Positions 55,450 through 60,018 of a DNA stretch of 60,018 bases are shown here, one piece after another. This stretch comes from a virus. Its lineage: Duplodnaviria; Caudoviricetes. Where the stretch lies: the IMG/VR virus record IMGVR_UViG_3300020083_000009, positions 1 through 60,018 of that record; one strand, 5' to 3'. Under the pieces are notes generated by a model. That model did no database searches. It was not told where the DNA came from and saw nothing but the letters and a program-made list of their open reading frames with translations. The position numbers were made by a program, and so were the translations under genes. Numbering within the stretch: the stretch's first letter is position 1; every line of letters begins with the position of its first letter.

Positions 55450-56775
55450 TTATTTTCTTACCGATGGGTTCGATCCACTACCTCTTCGACCACCCATACC
55501 GCCGCCAGCGACTCGTGGTTCTGGTGCTGGTTTTGGTTTTGGCGCTGCTGGTGCAGTTCCATAACCAGGAAGTTTTTGGGCAGTTGCAGATTTAGTTGAA
55601 ATGCCTAAATCTCTAGTATATGCTTGAGTGTTTTTCAGTGCAGTTCTATATTCAGTTTGTGCTGCTTTTTGTTCTGCTTCTTTAGAATACCTACCAAGGT
55701 TAAGTGCTCTTCCAATATTGGCAACTACACTTGTATCTCTTGAAGAAACTGAAGGTCTTGCAAGATAAACTGCTTTACCACCTCTATATGCAAGATCTCC
55801 TACACGTTGTTGCCCAGTTTTAGGATCACGAACTAGTTGAGTTGATGCAAGTTTAACAGTTTTATCTTTAGTGGTCAAAGTTCCCGCTTTAGTATCAACC
55901 TTTGTAGGTCCACCAAGTCCAGTTAATGCAGAACCTCTTGTTGCACCATAGGTTTTTGCTTGTGATGCAACTTGTCTGGCACCTCTAACATCCATAGTTT
56001 GTCCAGCTCTTGCAACACCAGTCAATCCTTGACCACTTTGAATTGCTTTTTGTTCAAGACCTTTTCTTTGTTGTAGATAAGATATTCCAGTTTTATCTTT
56101 AATCGCTTGCTTCACTGAAGATGGAGCAACTGATCTAGCAATATCAGCTGCCACAAATCCATATCCAACTGGTCCAGGTATTGCAGAACCATATCCTAAA
56201 ACAGCACCAAGTTTATCTCCCCTTAATGCTGCAGCTGTACCTGCCGTAACACCATAAGCTTGCTGCAATCCAGGTACAAATCTAGCAAGTTTTGGTGCGA
56301 CTTTTGGTGCGACTTTTTGTAGAACTTGTTTTTGAACACGAGGAACTGCGGCTGAAACTCTACGTGAAGCCATTCCAGCACCTAGACCACTCACTGCAGC
56401 ATCAGCATAATTTCCTTGACTCGCTTGATAAGCTGCATCGGCAGCACTCGCTACACCAAGTCCACGAATAAGACCTCTTCCAACTTGTCTGACTGGTTTG
56501 GGAATTTTAGATTGGTTTGGTGGTTTGGAGGGTGGTGGAGTTGTTCCTGTTGGTGGTTTGGAGGGTGGTGGAGGCGTTCCACCACCACTCGCCCAACCAG
56601 GAGGCTTACCAGTTGATTGGTAAGTTTTCATAAATTCTTTAGCCGCTTTACTAGCCTCTTCATTAGATTTATAATTTATGCGAGAAGCTTTCCCAGCATC
56701 ACTCTTTAACCAAGCAGCCCACGCTTTTTGTGCGTCTTCAACACCTTCGTTAATAAATTGACTAAAAGTTTTCAT
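55450..56775 (-). CDS. basic Gly/Ala-rich protein, probable internal head (ejection) protein
   Basis: N-terminus MKTFSQFINE resembles T4 capsid-targeting sequence; TAAATA late promoter upstream. Confidence 0.65.
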   Translation of the reverse strand: MKTFSQFINEGVEDAQKAWAAWLKSDAGKASRINYKSNEEASKAAKEFMKTYQSTGKPPGWASGGGTPPPPSKPPTGTTPPPSKPPNQSKIPKPVRQVGRGLIRGLGVASAADAAYQASQGNYADAAVSGLGAGMASRRVSAAVPRVQKQVLQKVAPKVAPKLARFVPGLQQAYGVTAGTAAALRGDKLGAVLGYGSAIPGPVGYGFVAADIARSVAPSSVKQAIKDKTGISYLQQRKGLEQKAIQSGQGLTGVARAGQTMDVRGARQVASQAKTYGATRGSALTGLGGPTKVDTKAGTLTTKDKTVKLASTQLVRDPKTGQQRVGDLAYRGGKAVYLARPSVSSRDTSVVANIGRALNLGRYSKEAEQKAAQTEYRTALKNTQAYTRDLGISTKSATAQKLPGYGTAPAAPKPKPAPEPRVAGGGMGGRRGSGSNPSVRK

Positions 56776-56797
56776 GTATTAATCTCTTTTTAGTTAT

Positions 56798-57190
56798 TTA
56801 TCTTCTTTTCTTTTTAGGATCATCAGGCTTAGTGGCACCATAAAGTCTTGGATTAACTGTGCCTTTTGTCCATGACATAGACTGCAGAACTCCAGTTCCA
56901 AACTTATCATAATATGCATCAAAGATTTTTACTTGAGCATGAGATTGAACAATATCGTAAAGTATAATATCATTCACCTTATAAGTGACAAGATAAGAAT
57001 TTAATGGCAGATGTTTAGACTCTGCCATTACCTTATCACACTTCTCATGTAAAATTCTTACTCCACTTTTTTTTATTTCTTCCTTCTCGTCCTTAGTCCA
57101 GACGGAAGAAAGATCATACTCGTTCACCCCATTGGATTGTGGGGAAAGCTTCTTTGACAACGTTGTGTGTGATTCGATATTTTTTGCCAA
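56798..57190 (-). CDS. conserved cyanophage hypothetical protein
   Basis: LP.NSYLV.Y...YDIV...IFD.YYD...WT.G.VNP.LY; start uncertain. Confidence 0.75.
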   Translation of the reverse strand: MAKNIESHTTLSKKLSPQSNGVNEYDLSSVWTKDEKEEIKKSGVRILHEKCDKVMAESKHLPLNSYLVTYKVNDIILYDIVQSHAQVKIFDAYYDKFGTGVLQSMSWTKGTVNPRLYGATKPDDPKKKRR

Positions 57191-57560
57191 GATTTTTGTC
57201 CTTTACTAAACATACAATTTCTGCTTCATCTTGATGAAGTGCTTCAATCATTTGAATGAATAAAACTTCCTTTTTAGCTTGGCTCATCTCATAATCACCA
57301 CCTTCAATGAAGTGATAGAATTTTCTATATTCACTATGAACACGAGTATGTTCAGTGCCAGCAGGTGCATCATTAGCTGTATAAGGTACGTCACCTTCTG
57401 GCAGACAGCTCTTGAGTGAAGGATCAAAGTTCCAAATTAAAAGTGCTTTTAATCCTGGGCTTTCATTTTCCCTTAGAATAGAAGTTTTTTCTTCTTTGGT
57501 TTTGGCGTTTGATACTTTCTGTAGAATTTCCGACATTAACGGATTGTTAGGTAATTTCAT
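57114..57560 (-). CDS. conserved T4-like hypothetical protein
   Basis: SEILQKVS.AKTK.EK...WNFD...LPEGDVPY...FIQM.E.LH..EA. Confidence 0.8.
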   Translation of the reverse strand: MKLPNNPLMSEILQKVSNAKTKEEKTSILRENESPGLKALLIWNFDPSLKSCLPEGDVPYTANDAPAGTEHTRVHSEYRKFYHFIEGGDYEMSQAKKEVLFIQMIEALHQDEAEIVCLVKDKNLGKKYRITHNVVKEAFPTIQWGERV

Positions 57561-57576
57561 TTCAAGTCCTCTTTAA

Positions 57577-57792
57577 TTATTCGTCCTCCTCGTAATCGAG
57601 GTATTCTGGGTTTTCAAAACTAAATGCAATAACTTCGTCTGGAATAAGTCTCCCACTATCATCAAACATTTCTGGGTGAATGCTTTGCTTTTTAAAGTAA
57701 TCTTTAGCTACCCATCCTACTAATCCACCGACAATCAAAAACATTAATGAAAATAAAACAGTGAATGTAATTGAAAATGCTAAGAGTTCCAT
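57577..57792 (-). CDS. single-TM conserved hypothetical protein
   Basis: TM helix followed by HPEMFD..G.LIPDE. Confidence 0.75.
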   Translation of the reverse strand: MELLAFSITFTVLFSLMFLIVGGLVGWVAKDYFKKQSIHPEMFDDSGRLIPDEVIAFSFENPEYLDYEEDE

Positions 57793-57965
57793 TTGTTTTC
57801 TCCTCTATGTTTGTCCCTCACATCAAGGGAAAGTTCAAAATAGATGGTTAGTTCTTTTTTGAAGAAGGTAACCAACTTTCCAAACTTTATGAAAAATGTT
57901 TTTGGATCGGGTTCTTTCCTCCTTGGACGAAGCATTAGTTCAACACCTTTATTTATTCTATCCAC
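57780..57965 (-). CDS. conserved small hypothetical protein
   Basis: INKGVELMLR motif. Confidence 0.7.
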   Translation of the reverse strand: MDRINKGVELMLRPRRKEPDPKTFFIKFGKLVTFFKKELTIYFELSLDVRDKHRGENKWNS

Positions 57966-57966
57966 A

Positions 57967-58215
57967 TTAACTCTTCACGTAACCCTCGTTAATTAAGTAG
58001 GCAACTGTGTCAGCACAACCTCCAAGTTGTTGGTCATCCAAAAGAACTTGTGGAAAAGTAGAACCCTCACCAAACTCATTGTAAAATTGTTCTTTAGTGA
58101 AGTGTTCGTCCAGATTGTAAACTACGTGTTCCAGATGTGCAAGTTCAAGAACTTGTTTAATCTTTACGCAATAAGGGCAACCAGTCTTAGAATAAACAGT
58201 AAATTTCATTTTCAT
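57967..58215 (-). CDS. nrdC: glutaredoxin
   Basis: YSK.GCPYC...TFPQV...GG. Confidence 0.92.
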   Translation of the reverse strand: MKMKFTVYSKTGCPYCVKIKQVLELAHLEHVVYNLDEHFTKEQFYNEFGEGSTFPQVLLDDQQLGGCADTVAYLINEGYVKS

Positions 58216-58231
58216 AAAAATCTCCTTACCT

Positions 58232-58260
58232 ATTATACAGTAAATTATAATTTATGTCAA
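58232..58260 (-). promoter_or_regulatory. sigma70-like promoter with palindromic spacer
   Basis: TTGACA-N17-TATAAT; spacer contains TAAATTATAATTTA. Confidence 0.8.
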
Positions 58261-58274
58261 TAGCCTCTAGAAAT

Positions 58275-58305
58275 AAAAAGACCACCCAGAAATTCTAGGT
58301 GGTTT
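58275..58305 (-). terminator. intrinsic terminator of the psbA transcript
   Basis: ACCACCTAGA..TCTGGGTGGT stem followed by CTTTTT. Confidence 0.75.
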
Positions 58306-58309
58306 GAGA

Positions 58310-58426
58310 TTATCTGTCAAGTGGTCGTTCGGCTGGAGGCTTATAATCTTTTGATGGACGATACAAATTAGGAAATGTATCTCTGATTATTCCCGCCAAC
58401 TTATACGGCACATCTGTTGCAATCAT
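58310..58426 (-). CDS. small conserved protein (38 aa) coupled to psbA
   Basis: [24 protein letters not shown]...; ATGA overlap with psbA stop. Confidence 0.65.
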   Translation of the reverse strand: MIATDVPYKLAGIIRDTFPNLYRPSKDYKPPAERPLDR

Positions 58427-59502
58427 CCAATAGAAGGTGCAATCAAAGCAACAGAGGTTGATCCAGCAGTAGCCAAGTCCAGAGGGAAGTTGTGAGCATT
58501 ACGCTCGTGCATCACTTCCATACCAAGTCCTGCACGATTGAGGATGTCTGCCCAGGTAGGGATGACTTTGCCTTCACTCGATACAATGGACTGGTTGAAG
58601 TTGAAACCATTCAGGTTGAATGCCATGGTGCTTACACCGAGAGCAGTGAACCAGATGCCAACCACGGGCCAAGCAGCCAGGAAGAAGTGCAGTGAACGAG
58701 AGTTATTGAACGATGCATATTGAAAGATCAAACGACCGAAGTACCCGTGGGCAGCAACGATGTTGTAGGTCTCTTCTTCTTGACCGAACTTGTAACCATA
58801 GTTCTGGCTTTCGTTCTCGGTAGTCTCACGAACCAGCGAGGAGGTCACGAGTGAACCGTGCATCGCAGAGAACAGAGAACCACCAAACACACCAGCAACT
58901 CCAAGCATATGGAAGGGGTGCATCAGAATGTTGTGCTCAGCCTGGAACACAAGCATGTAGTTGAACGTACCAGAGATACCCAAAGGCATCGCATCAGAGA
59001 AGGAACCTTGACCAAAAGGATACACCAGGAACACAGCAGTTGCAGCTGCAACGGGTGCAGAATAAGCAACCATAATCCAAGGGCGCATACCCAGACGATA
59101 GGAGAGTTCCCACTCACGACCCATGTAGCAGAAGATGCCAATGAGGAAGTGGAAGATAATCAGTTGAAAGGGTCCCCCATTGTACAACCACTCATCCAGA
59201 GAGGCTGCTTCCCAGATGGGATAGAAGTGAAGTCCAATAGCATTGGAAGATGGGACAACAGCACCAGAGATGATGTTGTTTCCATACATAAGCGACCCAG
59301 CTACGGGTTCACGGATACCATCGATGTCCACGGGAGGAGCAGCGATGAAGGCGACGATGAAGCAAATAGTTGCGGCAAGCAACGTCGGAATCATCAACGT
59401 ACCGAACCAACCCACATAGAGGCGGTTGTCGGTTGAAGTAACCCACTGGCAGAATTCTGTCCAGAGATTAGAAGTTCGTTTTTGAGCAATTGTAGCAGTC
59501 AT
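58423..59502 (-). CDS. psbA: photosystem II D1 protein (E130 type)
   Basis: MTATIAQ...RLYVGWFG...[13 protein letters not shown]; 359 aa from ATG 59502. Confidence 0.99.
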   Translation of the reverse strand: MTATIAQKRTSNLWTEFCQWVTSTDNRLYVGWFGTLMIPTLLAATICFIVAFIAAPPVDIDGIREPVAGSLMYGNNIISGAVVPSSNAIGLHFYPIWEAASLDEWLYNGGPFQLIIFHFLIGIFCYMGREWELSYRLGMRPWIMVAYSAPVAAATAVFLVYPFGQGSFSDAMPLGISGTFNYMLVFQAEHNILMHPFHMLGVAGVFGGSLFSAMHGSLVTSSLVRETTENESQNYGYKFGQEEETYNIVAAHGYFGRLIFQYASFNNSRSLHFFLAAWPVVGIWFTALGVSTMAFNLNGFNFNQSIVSSEGKVIPTWADILNRAGLGMEVMHERNAHNFPLDLATAGSTSVALIAPSIG

Positions 59503-59522
59503 TTGTTTTAAAAGGGTAAGTA

Positions 59523-59626
59523 AAGCCAGCAGGGAACTGGAAGTACAAATATGTTCCACACCACCCTCAGATGTGGACATGAGAGACGTAATTTATACAC
59601 CCTATAAGTCTCGGTTTGGGGTGTTA
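59523..59626 (-). ncRNA. PhotoRC-II-like cis RNA motif in psbA leader
   Basis: Pseudoknot ACACCC/GGGTGT with GAGAC/GTCTC, then two hairpins with complementary AGGG/CCCT loops. Confidence 0.8.
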
Positions 59627-59666
59627 CAAACATTAAAGAACTGTTAAATTCCTTAACGTATTGATC

Positions 59667-59701
59667 TATTTAGTATAGCACGGGTGTCAACTGCCTGTCA
59701 A
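59667..59701 (-). promoter_or_regulatory. dual early+late psbA promoter
   Basis: TTGACA-N18-TATACT overlapping TAAATA. Confidence 0.75.
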
Positions 59702-59746
59702 GGGGTCCATAAACATAAATAGCGTTAGCCCACAATGGTCTAAAAA

Positions 59747-60018
59747 ATGAAAAGATTAGCCCTTATCTTTTCGTTATTCTTCGCCATTCCTGCTAGTGCT
59801 GCTGAAATTACATCTAAAATTACCGACTCTGTACAACTGACAGTCCAGGGTACTGCTGTTCAATCAACTAGGGTTGGAGCATCATATTCTGTCAGTGGTT
59901 CAAATGTGCAGTTCTCTGCACTTGGTCTTGGTAATAATTCATTTGGTCTTGGTGCCAATGGTGCATATGGAGATACAACACCAAGTCTTACTAATGCTGG
60001 TCAGGCATTTACATTTTC
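59747..60018 (+). CDS. exported conserved cyanophage protein, truncated by window end
   Basis: Signal peptide MKRLALIFSLFFAIPASA, then EITSKITDSVQLTV; TAAATA at 59716-59721. Confidence 0.8.
   Translation, partial: MKRLALIFSLFFAIPASAAEITSKITDSVQLTVQGTAVQSTRVGASYSVSGSNVQFSALGLGNNSFGLGANGAYGDTTPSLTNAGQAFTF

Noticed and set aside
58423-59502. Intron or homing endonuclease in or next to psbA
   Set aside because: Reading frame is continuous at normal length, and no HNH or GIY-YIG ORF is adjacent
59503-59580. 26-aa N-terminal extension of D1 in the ORF track
   Set aside because: Lies in the structured leader; the canonical MTAT start is at 59502

Overview
60 kb fragment of a T4-like (Kyanoviridae-type) cyanomyovirus genome, probably from a freshwater lineage (inference from the GIGTT/VGI-rich giant fibres). 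The left 11 kb is a dense array of small minus-strand early genes with host-like sigma70 promoters. It includes a DenV-like glycosylase, a KTSC-like gene, a restriction-endonuclease-like gene overlapping a Mom-like DNA-modification gene, and an nblA-like gene. From 11 to 36 kb lie a cassette of small fibre-associated paralogs and three giant fibre proteins. These are followed by three tRNAs, the baseplate/tail module (gp5 pieces, cp12, hub, lysin-bearing proteins, gp51, gp26, gp4, gp2, gp48, gp53), the replication/metabolism block (32, 59, 33, exonuclease, phoH, thyX, glutaredoxin) and psbA with a PhotoRC-II-like leader. Three observations stand out: (1) three nested phycobiliprotein-like domains, keeping the bilin-attachment C-x-R-D motif and a beta-153/155-like Cys, inserted in the 3278-aa fibre; (2) an REase plus Mom-like pair with no methyltransferase; (3) a likely -1 frameshift fusing gp26 to gp51. 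All protein calls come from motif recognition by eye, with no database searches.
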